NCBI GenBank assembly: GCA_964016885.1
Contig: OZ024740.1
Span: forward strand, 46,066,001 to 46,130,000
DNA from: Eledone cirrhosa
Lineage: Eukaryota
DNA: 64,000 bases
Direction: 5' to 3'
The number at the start of each line of letters is the position of its first letter. Position 1 is the stretch's first letter. Made by a program: the position numbers and the translations under genes. Below the pieces are notes generated by a model, which was given only the letters and a program-made list of their open reading frames with translations, had not been told where the DNA came from and did not search any database. Below are positions 24,556-35,400 of the stretch, piece by piece.

Positions 24556-24955
24556 AATTAATTATGGTAGCATTAGCTTAATTAATGTAATTTACAAGGA
24601 ATATTTGCAACACAGTAGCAAAGCTGCAACAGAAGCAAAAAAACAACAAAAAATGAAGATTTCCTAAAGATAATCACCTACATCTTATGCTACAATATTA
24701 TGTAACTTAAGACAAAACGTCTCAAGTAGTCAATCATATTATGTGTATATCACTTCAAAGACATATACATTATACAGCATAAATAAATAAAACTGCAACT
24801 ATGTTAATTAAAAGACATTGAATAAGGAATTCCAAAATGATTAATTAAAGGTTAAATTCTTGTCATTATTTGTTGATTGTTTCATCAAATTAATTTTCGC
24901 CTTACTAAAAATAATTTCTGCTGAAATAAACATCTGTCCACTTTTAACTGATTTG

Positions 24956-24993
24956 TATATAAGGTGGTTGTATGTTGGAATTGTGTCTCAGTT
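24956..24993 (+). promoter_or_regulatory. Putative reflectin core promoter (TATA + Inr)
   Basis: TATATAAG at 24956-24963 and TCAGTT at 24988-24993 (TCAKTY Inr, A+1 = 24990), about 32-34 bp apart. Confidence 0.65.
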
Positions 24994-25050
24994 GAGAACC
25001 GTATCTCTCTCCTACTAGCATAATCAGAACCCCAGATTGTTCTTCGCTCT
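24990..25050 (+). other. Putative non-coding exon 1 of reflectin
   Basis: Runs from the Inr to a consensus donor GTAAGT at 25051 and contains no ATG. Confidence 0.6.
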
Positions 25051-25165
25051 GTAAGTTGGTTTCTTTTTAAAATAATTCTTTCTATACATAATATTTCTTA
25101 TTTGCTTGGAATATTTCTTTATACTTATATTCTTCAACCGTTTTAATCCTTGAATTATAGTCTTA

Positions 25166-25555
25166 GATTATCTCTTTTTAACCATTTTTCTAACTATATT
25201 TCTAATGAAATACATTCTATTTCAATTAATGAAGAATTTCTATAGATTTACTCAAATTATTAACTCATTATTAAGATAATAACTTAAAACATGTTTCTTG
25301 TCTTCGATTATCTCTCTTTTAAGCCATACTATTTCAATTTATTATCGAAAGAATTCGAGAGATTTACTAAAACTATTATTTCATTATTAAGATAACTTAA
25401 AATATGAATCTGATTTTCGATTATCTCTTCTTTTAATATTTTTGTGACTGTATTTCTAATGAAATTCACATTATTTTCAACTAATTAATGAAGAATTTTT
25501 AGGGACTTACTAAAATTATTATTTCAGTACTAAGATAGTAACTCAACATATAGTT
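25166..25555. repeat. Three degenerate tandem units of 113-140 bp
   Basis: gattatctct starts at 25166, 25306 and 25419. Shared blocks aagaatt, tactaaa and taagata. Confidence 0.75.
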
Positions 25556-25646
25556 CTTATAAAATTATGTTGGAAGATTTTAATTAAAAAAAGCGGTTTT
25601 GTTTCATAGAACCAGAGTCGGTTTTAGTTGGGCTGTAAATACATAT

Positions 25647-25682
<36 letters not shown>

Positions 25683-26100
25683 TCAGTTTAAACATCCGTG
25701 GGCCATGGCAACTAGGTCGGGTATATAGTACATCTTACAGTTACGAAAAAAAAAAAGATAGATAGATAAAAAGAAAAGCAGCTTAAAGTTTCTGTTTTTG
25801 AATTTTTCGTAACCTCCATGCACTGAAAGATCTTGTTTATAGTTGGTAGATCTGAAAATATATTGTATTTCCAATTTTGGTAGTTTTTTAATGATCAGCT
25901 TCAGGATGTCCTCTCGCTAAGTCTGTATTTGAAACAAATAAATAATTTCAAATACGGTTAATGCCAATATATTGTATTGACTAATACAGCAATACAATCC
26001 ATATGATGAATGATAATTCAATTCCATTTAAATGTCAATACACATCACAATACAGTTATTTAGATATTGCTTTCTATTATATTTACTCATGACGTCATGA

Positions 26101-26395
26101 GACGGGAAATTGGATAGAATGAGTCGTTAGAATGTCGGATAGAATGTTTCGCGGTATTCGTTCCGCTACTCCACATTCTGATTTCAAATCCTATCGAGGT
26201 TAACTTTTCCTTTACCTTAAAATCGATAAATAATATACCAGTTCAATACTGGGTTCGATTATTCCTCTATCACTCTACCTGACTTTCTCTCTATTTCTTG
26301 CTCTTTCTCTCTATTTCTCTGGAGAGGGAAGGGTTCCGCCAGGTTTAAATGCCTCAGACACGTCGTGTGTCATGACGGCCTCCTTACGACTCCAT
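26101..26395 (+). mobile_element. Old OK-like SINE with the long tail
   Basis: Degenerate head and body plus the tail shared with 2096-2415. Confidence 0.6.
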
Positions 26396-26650
26396 CATGA
26401 GATCATGAACTACCTATGCTTGCCTGACATGCAATGATGTCCCGAAAGCCAAATGGTTCATAACCATCCGGTGGTTTTTATATTCAGTACCAGTAAATTG
26501 ATTTAGTTGTATTTCTTTGGCAATTGACTTGGCCTGAGACCGATTATTGAAACTGGACTATTTACAAAAGGAAAAGAGACAAAATCTGTTATATTTACTT
26601 TTTATATATTTCGTGAGATGTCGGAATTTTCGTCATATATCTCGTGTAAT

Positions 26651-26840
26651 TAATTGTTTCTACCTTTTTGGCACAAGGCTAGCAATTATCCCAGTGCATT
26701 ACTGGTACTTTATTTTATCGACCCCGTAAGGATGAAAGGCAAAGTTAACCTCGGCGGGATTTGAACTCAGACCATAAATGGCCGTAACTCTTTGCCGCAA
26801 AGCATGGCGTCAGACCCTCTACCGATACTGCTAATCCACC
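26651..26840 (-). mobile_element. OK-like SINE (left arm of the intronic inverted pair)
   Basis: Matches 1830-2044, with an internal deletion near the tail. Confidence 0.85.
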
Positions 26841-27072
26841 ATTAATGTGGCTAAAACGACTCTTCCACGACGCAATTTAAATTTTATATGATATTTAAAC
26901 GCCCTATTGTTATAGTTATAAAGAATCAAGCCCCATTTGTTGACTGCATGGCTTGCTAAGATGTAAACCAGTCACATCATTGGGGCCTTTCACTCTTGAG
27001 ATCAGGTTTGATTCCACTAAATAGGTTCCTCTAACTTTCAGTAGTATTCATATTTCATTATTTAAGGATAAA

Positions 27073-27262
27073 GGCGGTGGATTGGCAGTATCGGTAGAGG
27101 GTCGGTCACCATGCTTTGACGTATAGAGTTACGGCCCTTGCCATTCTGAGTTCAAATCCCGCCGGGGTTAACTTTGCCTTTCATCTTTACGGGGTCGATA
27201 AAATAAAGTACCAGTAATGCACTGGATAATTTCTGGCCTTGTGCCAAACGTAGAAACAATTA
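27073..27262 (+). mobile_element. OK-like SINE (right arm of the intronic inverted pair)
   Basis: A-box TGGCAGTATCGG, B-box GAGTTCAAATCC, and the same deletion as 26651-26840. Confidence 0.85.
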
Positions 27263-28460
27263 TTTAAGAATAACGCATCATATCCCATCATAATTAAAAG
27301 ATTTTTCTGGATTCTAATTGTAGTTTCATTTTATAATGAAATATCATAAATGTAATATATGTGATATAATGAAACTAATGTAACTGCAGCATGTCTAAAT
27401 GGGTAAGATGTTCACTTTGCAATGATGAAGATTTGGTTTCAGTTCACTGTGTATTTGTCAAGTGATTTTACTTTTTTACTCTATTGTTTTTTTTATTATA
27501 CAATATGTATATTCAAACATGCCGAACACTACTATTTTTTTTTCTGAATTGAAAGCTTTGCTATATTTCAAGTCGTTCTGAGATAAAATTTGCTACGGTA
27601 AGGTCTACTTTTCACTCCTTTATGGATGTTGTTGTTTGAACAACATTATTCTATGTGTCCTTTTGTAAGACGCTTGGTTATGGTTTGTGGAAAATTTTGG
27701 TTACCTATTTCTGCCTTTCATCGTAAAGGAGTCGCTAAAATAAAGTACCTTTTAATTGTATCAAAAATAGAAACAATTAAATCTAGTCCTAATTATTTGA
27801 AACCTGTATATGAGTCTTTGAAGAGAGGGAGTAAGTGTTATAAACCAAATGATTTATGCAACATATATTTTTTTCTTTCAAAAAGCAATGTGTTTATTAT
27901 TCTCGATAAATGTTTTTAATAGAAATTTATACTTGTAAGGAATGTAATGATTTCACGATTAAGTATTTCCTAAAGTATCTAGAAATTATAGTTTTCGTAA
28001 ACTTTCGAATTGTGTTGCATGAAAATTATATGCATTTCCATTTTAATATCATTCTTCAGGCATTTATTTGATTGAAATAATTCAGCGATCCTAATGCCGC
28101 TCATCATTTCCTTTCTAAGATACCCAAATAAGAAAGTCAGATAAGTTTTCTCTGAAAGAAAAGCATCTTGAAATTCGTTAAATGCTCTTCTTAAAACCTC
28201 AAGGAATATAAGACCCAATTTACAATAACGTTTCAGTTATCTGCGCTGTGACAGCTTAGTAAAATATATTATTCTAGTAAAATAAATAAGGATAATATAC
28301 CTATATCTTTCTTATTAGGAAAACAATGACTGCGATTAATCAAATAGGAGTTATACGAGTTGAATGAATGAGTACTTTTTGATTAGTTTGTGAAATAAAC
28401 TTTTTCAAATATGGAAGAAATTATTTTTGTATATATTTCAGATAACTATCAATATTCAGA

Positions 28461-29723
28461 ATGAATAGATACATGAACAGAAGAAATAACTTTGGTAGAA
28501 GGTATCGTGGTATCATGGAACCAATGTCTAGAATGACCATGGACTTCCAAGGCAGATACATGGATTCTTATGGAAGAATGGTAGATCCCAGATCATATGG
28601 CTTCTATGGCAGATATTCTGACAACGATAGATACTATGGTAGATCTATGTACAACTATTACGGTTTCTATGATAACGATAGGTACAATAGATATGGTAAT
28701 TTCATGGACTTCCCAGAGAGGTTTATGGATATGTCCGGATATCAAATGGACATGAATGGAAGATGGATGGACATGCAAGGATCTAACTCCAGCCCTTACT
28801 GGCATATGTTCAACTCATCAAGACAAGGCTACTACCCTGGTTACCAATATGGTCGTAACTGGTTCTTCCCCGAGAGATTCATGGACATGTCCCACTACCA
28901 GATGGACATGCAAGGCCGATACATGGACAGATATGGACGTCAATGTAACCCTTATAACAACTACTATAGGCGTCATATGTATTATCCATACATGAATTAC
29001 TACCAAATGTACTATCCTGAGAGATTCATGGATATGTCCAGCTACCAGATGGACATGAATGGTCGTTGGATGGATATGTATGGTCGTTATTCTAGCCCTT
29101 ACTACAGCTACCATGGCAGATTCCACCATAACTACCCTTATTATAACTACAGCTGGGGACAAAGATCTTTCAACTACCCAGAGAGGTATTATGATATGGG
29201 AAGCTACCAGATGGATTTTGATGGTCGTTGGATGGATATGCACCACCGTCACTGCAGTCCCTTCTTCAACTACTATGGCAGGTACCACCATAACTACCCT
29301 TATTACAACTACAGCTGGGGACAAAGATCTTACAACTACCCCGACAGGTATTTTGATATGGAAAACTATCAAATGGATTTTGATGGTCGTTGGATGGATA
29401 TGTCTGGTCGTTATTCCTCTCCCTTCTACAACTACCACAACAGATTCTACAATAACTACCCTCATTATAACTACAGCTGGAGTAGCAGGCATTACAACTA
29501 CCCAGAGAGATATTATGATATGGGAAACAATCAGATGGATTTTGAAGGACGTTGGATGGATTCTTATGGCCAACGTTACCATGGCTATAACTACCACAAC
29601 AGGAACTACTACAACTCCTCTCCAAACTCCCACTACTACTGGGGACAGAGATCTTACGACTACCCAGAAATGGATTTTGATGGTCAATATTTCCATAATT
29701 TCTCTGATAGTTGGTCCTATTAA
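28461..29723 (+). CDS. reflectin: Reflectin (cephalopod iridocyte/leucophore structural protein), 420 aa, uninterrupted CDS
   Basis: N-terminal motif MEPMSRMTMDFQGRYMDSYGRMVDP, six reflectin motifs of the type PERFMDMSGYQMDMNGRWMD and one truncated motif. Rich in Y/M/R/D/N/W; no Ala, Leu or Lys. Confidence 0.99.
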   Translation: MNRYMNRRNNFGRRYRGIMEPMSRMTMDFQGRYMDSYGRMVDPRSYGFYGRYSDNDRYYGRSMYNYYGFYDNDRYNRYGNFMDFPERFMDMSGYQMDMNGRWMDMQGSNSSPYWHMFNSSRQGYYPGYQYGRNWFFPERFMDMSHYQMDMQGRYMDRYGRQCNPYNNYYRRHMYYPYMNYYQMYYPERFMDMSSYQMDMNGRWMDMYGRYSSPYYSYHGRFHHNYPYYNYSWGQRSFNYPERYYDMGSYQMDFDGRWMDMHHRHCSPFFNYYGRYHHNYPYYNYSWGQRSYNYPDRYFDMENYQMDFDGRWMDMSGRYSSPFYNYHNRFYNNYPHYNYSWSSRHYNYPERYYDMGNNQMDFEGRWMDSYGQRYHGYNYHNRNYYNSSPNSHYYWGQRSYDYPEMDFDGQYFHNFSDSWSY

Positions 29724-29867
29724 AAGTAGCGCCACTCGTCAACAATATAATTGCAAATGGCGGTAGTCTCTACCTTCGGGAAGTCATTCTGAGTCGAACA
29801 CTCAACGTAAAGCAGATCATAACTTTAAAAAAATACTCTATAACTTTGAATAATTTTTGCAGATATA

Positions 29868-30063
29868 TAACAACAACAACAACATCATGAACAACGAAGA
29901 ATAACTGAAAAAATTTGATGAACTTTGTAATATTAATAATAATAATAACAACAACAACAACAACAACAATGATAATGATGTCAACAACGACAATAATGTA
30001 ATAACATCAACGACAACAACAAAAACGACAGCAACAACAAAAATAATAATAATGATATTTTTT

Positions 30064-30125
<62 letters not shown>
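29868..30125. repeat. (AAC)n/(AAT)n microsatellites in the predicted 3'UTR
   Basis: Direct inspection. Confidence 0.9.
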
Positions 30126-30126
<1 letters not shown>

Positions 30127-30188
30127 TCGAAACTAAATTTTAAATTTGATAACTATCTACATTATTAAGGATGATAAAAAACACCCAC

Positions 30189-30260
30189 TGTAATGTGAAT
30201 TACATACAAATAAATTTGAGTTATCGAGTGAATATCCTGTCTTATATTTATTTATTGTGT
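30189..30260 (+). terminator. Putative reflectin polyadenylation signal
   Basis: TGTA at 30189, AATAAA at 30209-30214 and a downstream T/GT-rich tract. Confidence 0.6.
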
Positions 30261-30758
30261 TACACTCAACTAACAAGCTATGTTCATTATTCTATTATTA
30301 TTTTATTCATTTACTAATATTCAGTTTTGAACGGCAGCCATGCTGGGTACCGTCTTCGGGCGTTTTAGTCAGTCATACAGATCCAGTATATTTATCGAAT
30401 CATTAAGTCACACTTTTATACAGCACCATGTTCCTCGCTTATATACATAAACACAGGCATACGCACACACGAATATACTCACGTGCACACACGAGCACAT
30501 ATGCGCACACACACACACGAATATACTCACGTGCACACACGGGCACATATGCGCACACAGACACACGCACGCCTCTCCCCACACACACATATATATATAT
30601 ATGTATATATATAATTAGAAAGTGAACAACACAATATATAACCACTCCACTGCCAAAGGTTTCTGGATCCCAGACAATATTTCATCAGACAGATATATAT
30701 ATATATATAAAGAGAGATAACGATAGAGAGAGGGGCAAGAGGGAAAAAAGAGAGAGAG

Positions 30759-30837
<79 letters not shown>

Positions 30838-31785
30838 TAGTATATAAGGAGTACCGCCCTCACTATAGCAGAAACAGAAGCAGGGATCTAACTTGGTTTT
30901 ATCTACCATTTAATATTAATGTCACTACTAGTAAAGCCATGCATTTTCTATGTCTCTAGTATGATAATATTTCCTGCCTTAGCACAAATACAACAAATCT
31001 TTCAATCCCAATAATATTAAAGTCAGCCATTTCTGCATGGAGAACATCACTACCTAGATCACACTACACAACATACATTATACAACCAGAACAACCCCAC
31101 TGAATAACAAGCGCAATGGCAGAAATCCTTTAATCTACCCGCTTAAATTATCTTGCTTTATAAATACCATAGGCCTATGACACCTAATTGAGTTGCAGAA
31201 GCGCTATTATGATATACGATAGATCTTGGACATTTAAACGTGGGGAACTCCTTCCTTCTCCTGATCTGAACACAGCCCATTCCCTTCCAAGGAGAGTGCG
31301 AAAGAGAGCAAGTAAGAAAGAGATACTGAGGAAAATCGAGCCCAGAACTTGGCTGGTAATTTATTTATCGACGCAAAGAGGTTGAAAAACAAAGTTGAAC
31401 TAAGAGTGCGCAAAGTGGGAACGAATAGCATGAATTTTTCTTTCCGACGTTCTAACGACTCTACCAATTCATCACCTTCATAGATGCTCACAACCGATAA
31501 GGTATGATTTTCATGGGTACGTCTCTATTTATAAAACAAACTTTGTATTTTATCTGATGAAAGCGTACCAATGTTGTCTTGGTTGCCCTTGAAATAAATA
31601 TAATAAAATAAATATGGTTTTATAAATATAGTTTCCATTTATTTAATATCATTGAATATTTACTCTAGTAATCTGTTGAGAGCTCTGAGCGCCCGGCCGA
31701 TTAACTCACTCGATATTGCTCAGCCGTTAATATGCATAAGGAAAGTATATACTTTCAGACGTTCAATCATCTGGCAGGAAGGTAT

Positions 31786-31828
31786 ACGTTGCTGACGATA
31801 GCTAATAAGCTTGAAACTAGTACAGCGT
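31786..31828 (+). ncRNA. Compact type I hammerhead ribozyme, canonical core
   Basis: Stem I ACGUUG/CAGCGU; CUGACGA; U.U pair, then AGCU-aaua-AGCU; GAA; palindromic stem III ACUAGU; GUA triplet. Confidence 0.85.
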
Positions 31829-32031
31829 TCCTTTGTCAGTGTTGAACAAAAGAGCAACGATGGTTGCTAGACACTGTACGGCTTAATTCGGGATGTTTGT
31901 TTACAAACACACCGAGCATTATAATAAATGTTCGGTGAATCCATACGTACATATATATATGTGTGCATGTATGTATATATATATACATACTACTGTACGT
32001 CTGTATACATATATGTATGTACGTATACATA

Positions 32032-32076
<45 letters not shown>

Positions 32077-32168
32077 GTCATCGACTTTCATCAAATCGGA
32101 CCGAGGAAACAATGTTTCCGTTGGTCCCAATTGCTAATACTATATATCGGTCGCAACTCCAGGTAAAA

Positions 32169-32241
32169 GGAGCAACGTGACATAAAGTGTCTTGCTCAAG
32201 GACATAACGCATCGCCCGGTCCAGGAATCGAACTCACAACC
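32169..32241 (-). mobile_element. OR-like CORE-SINE fragment
   Basis: Reverse complement of the B-box/CORE part of 6688-6950. Confidence 0.7.
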
Positions 32242-32465
32242 TCAAGGCATCTATATATCACCTAAGCAGTGATATATAGATGTAAAACACCTTCGGGCGG
32301 TTTAAATATCTAATGTCAATATCATAGGTGCAATACTTTACAAGAATATATGAATATGTGAGTACACAAGAGAAACTCCAAGTCTCCAACTCGGCTCTAA
32401 TTAATCTCTACAGTGGTATGGAGTACTAATTCTCCCGACCATCAATACTAACCAGAGATATACAT

Positions 32466-35400
32466 ATAGTGGTGTGGTGGTGTGATGGCAGTCCTATGTT
32501 GGTATAGAGGTATAGTGGTGTGGTGGTGTGATGGCAGTCCTATGGTGGTATGGTGGTATTGTGGTACAGCGGTATGATGGCAGTCCTATGGTGGTGTGGT
32601 GGTGTGATGGCAGTTCTATAGTGGTATGGTGGTATATTCGTGTGGTGGTATGATGGCAGTCCTATGGTAGTATGTTGATATAGAGGTGTGGTGGTATGAT
32701 GGCAGTCCTATGTTGGTATGTTGGTATAGTGGTGTGGTGGTATGATGGCAGTCCTATGGTGGTATGTTGGTATAGTGGTATAGTGGTGTGGTGGTATGAT
32801 GGCAGTCCTATGGTGGTATGTTGGTATAGTGGTATAGTGGTGTGGTGGTATGATGGCAGTCCTATGGTGGTATGTTGGTATAGTGGTGTGGTGGTATGAT
32901 GGCAGTCCTATGTTGGTATGTTGGTATAGTGGTGTGGTGGTATGATGGCAGTCCTATGTTGGTATGTTGGTATAGTGGTGTGGTGGTATGATGGCAGTTC
33001 TATGGCGGTATGGTGGTATAGTGGTGTGGTGGTATGATGGTAGTCTTATGTTGGTATGGTGGTATAGTGGTGTGGTGGTATGATGGCAGTCCTATGGTGG
33101 TATGTTGGTATAGTGGTGTGGTGGTATGATGGCAGTCCTATGGTGGTGTGTTGGTATAGTGGTGTGGTGGTATGATGGCAGTCCTATGTTGGTATAGTGG
33201 TATAGTGGTATAGTGGTGTGGTGGTATGATGGCAGTCCTATGGTGGTATGGTGGTATAGTGGTGTGGTGGTATGATGGCAGTCCTATGTTGGTATAGTGG
33301 TATAGTGGTGTGGTGGTATGGTGGCAGTCCTATGGTGGTATGTTGGTATAGTGGTGTGGTGGTATGATGGCAGTCCTATGGTGGTATGTTGGTATAGTGG
33401 TATAGTGGTGTGGTGGTATGATGGCAGTCCTATGGAGGTGTGGTGGTATGATGGCAGTCCTATGGTGGTGTGTTGGTATAGTGGTGTGGTGGTATGATGG
33501 TAGTCCTATCGTGGTTTGTTGGTATAGTGGTATAGTGGTGTGGTGGTATGATGGCAGTCCTATGGTGGTATAGTGGTATAGTGGTGTGGTGGTATGATGG
33601 CAGTTCTATGGCGGTATGGTGGTATAGTGGTGTGGTGGTATGATGGTAGTCTTATGTTGGTATGGTGGTATAGTGGTGTGGTGGTATGATGGCAGTCCTA
33701 TGGAGGTGTGGTGGTATGATGGCAGTCCTATGGTGGTGTGTTGGTATAGTGGTGTGGTGGTATGATGGCAGTCCTATGGTGGTGTGTTGGTATAGTGGTA
33801 TAGTGGTGTGGTGGTATGATGGCAGTCCTATGGTGGTGTGTTGGTATAGTGGTGTGGTGGTATGATGGCAGTCCTATGGTGGTATAGTGGTATAGTGGTG
33901 TGGTGGTATGATGGCAGTCCTATGGTAGTATGTTGGTATAGTGGTATAGTGGTGTGGTGGTATGATGGCAGTCCTATGGTAGTATGTTGGTATAGTGGTA
34001 TAGTGGTGTGGTGGTATGATGGCAGTCCTATGGTGGTATGGTGGTATAGTGGTGTGGTGGTGTGGTGGTATGATGGCAGTCCTATGGTGGTATGTTGGTA
34101 TAGAGGTATAGTGGTGTGGTGGTATGATGGCAGTCCTATGGTGGTGTGTTAGTATAGTGGTATAGTGGTGTGGTGGTATGATGGCAGTCCTATGGTGGTA
34201 TGTTGATATAGTGGTGTGGTGGTATGATGGCAGTCCTATGGTGGTATGTTGGTATAGTGGTGTGGTGGTATGATGGCAGTCCTATGGTAGTATGTTGGTA
34301 TAGTGGTATAGTGGTGTGGTGGTATGAAGGCAGTCCTATGTTGGTATAGTGGTATAGTGGTGTGGTGGTATGATAGCAGTCCTATGGTGGTATGGTGGTA
34401 TAGTGGTGTGGTGGTATGATGGCAGTCCTATGTTGGTGGAGTGGTATAGTGGTGTGGTGGTATGATGGCAGTCCTATGGTGGTATGTTGGTATAGTGGTG
34501 TGGTGGTATGATGGCAGTCCTATGTTGGTATAGTGGTATAGTGGTATAGTGGTATGATGGCAGTCCTATGGTGGTATGGTGGTATAGTGGTGTGGTGGTA
34601 TGATGGCAGTCCTATGGTGGTGTGTTGGTATAGTGGTGTGGTGGTATGGTGGCAGTCCTATGGTGGTATGTTGGTATAGTGGTATAGTGGTGTGGTGGTA
34701 TGATGGCTGTCCTATGGTGGTATGTTGGTATAGTGGTATAGTGGTGTGGTGGTATGATGGCAGTCCTATGGTGGTGTGTTGGTATAGTGGTATAGTGGTG
34801 TGGTGGTATGATGGCAGTCCTATGGTGGTGTGGTGGTATAGTGGTGTGGTGGTATGATGGCAGTCCTATGGTGGTGTGTTGGTATAGTGGTGTGTTGGTA
34901 TGATGGCAGTCCTATGTTGGTATGTTGGTATAGTGGTATAGTGGTGTGGTGGTATGATGGCTGTCCTATGGTGGTATGTTGGTATAGTGGTGAGGTGGTA
35001 TGATGGCAGTCCTATGGTGGTGTGTTGGTATAGTGGTGTGGTGGTATGATGGCAGTCCTATGGTGGTGTGTTGGTATAGTGGTGTGGTGGTATGGTGGCA
35101 GTCCTATCGTGGTTTGTTGGTATAGTGGTATAGTGGTGTGCTGGTAGGATGGCAGTCGTATGGTGGTGTGTTGGTATAGTGGTATAGTGGTGTGGTGGTA
35201 TGATGGCAGTCCTATGGTGGTGTATTGGTATAGTGGTGTGGTGGTATGATGGCAGTCCTATGGTGGTGTGTTGGTATAGTGGTGTGGTGGTATGGTGGCA
35301 GTCCTATCGTGGTTTGTTGGTATAGTGGTATAGTGGTGTGCTGGTAGGATGGCAGTCGTATGGTGGTGTGTTGGTATAGTGGTATAGTGGTGTGGTGGTA

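Larger units (their letters stand above)
25051..28441 (+). other. Putative 5'UTR intron of reflectin
   Basis: GTAAGT donor. T-rich tract and TTTCAG acceptor end at 28441, 19 nt before the ATG. Confidence 0.6.

Noticed and set aside
28722-28748. FMDMSGYQ resembling the proposed bacterial-transposon-derived reflectin protopeptide
   Set aside because: It is part of the normal reflectin motif. Nothing in this window supports bacterial DNA or a bacterial transposon.
28818-29766. Antisense (305 aa, 159 aa) and alternate-frame (235 aa) ORFs over reflectin
   Set aside because: Shadow ORFs caused by reflectin's biased codon use (no Leu codons, so few antisense stops) and its repeats.
31554-31580. 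CTGATGA motif
   Set aside because: No stem II or GAAA partner in a compatible position.
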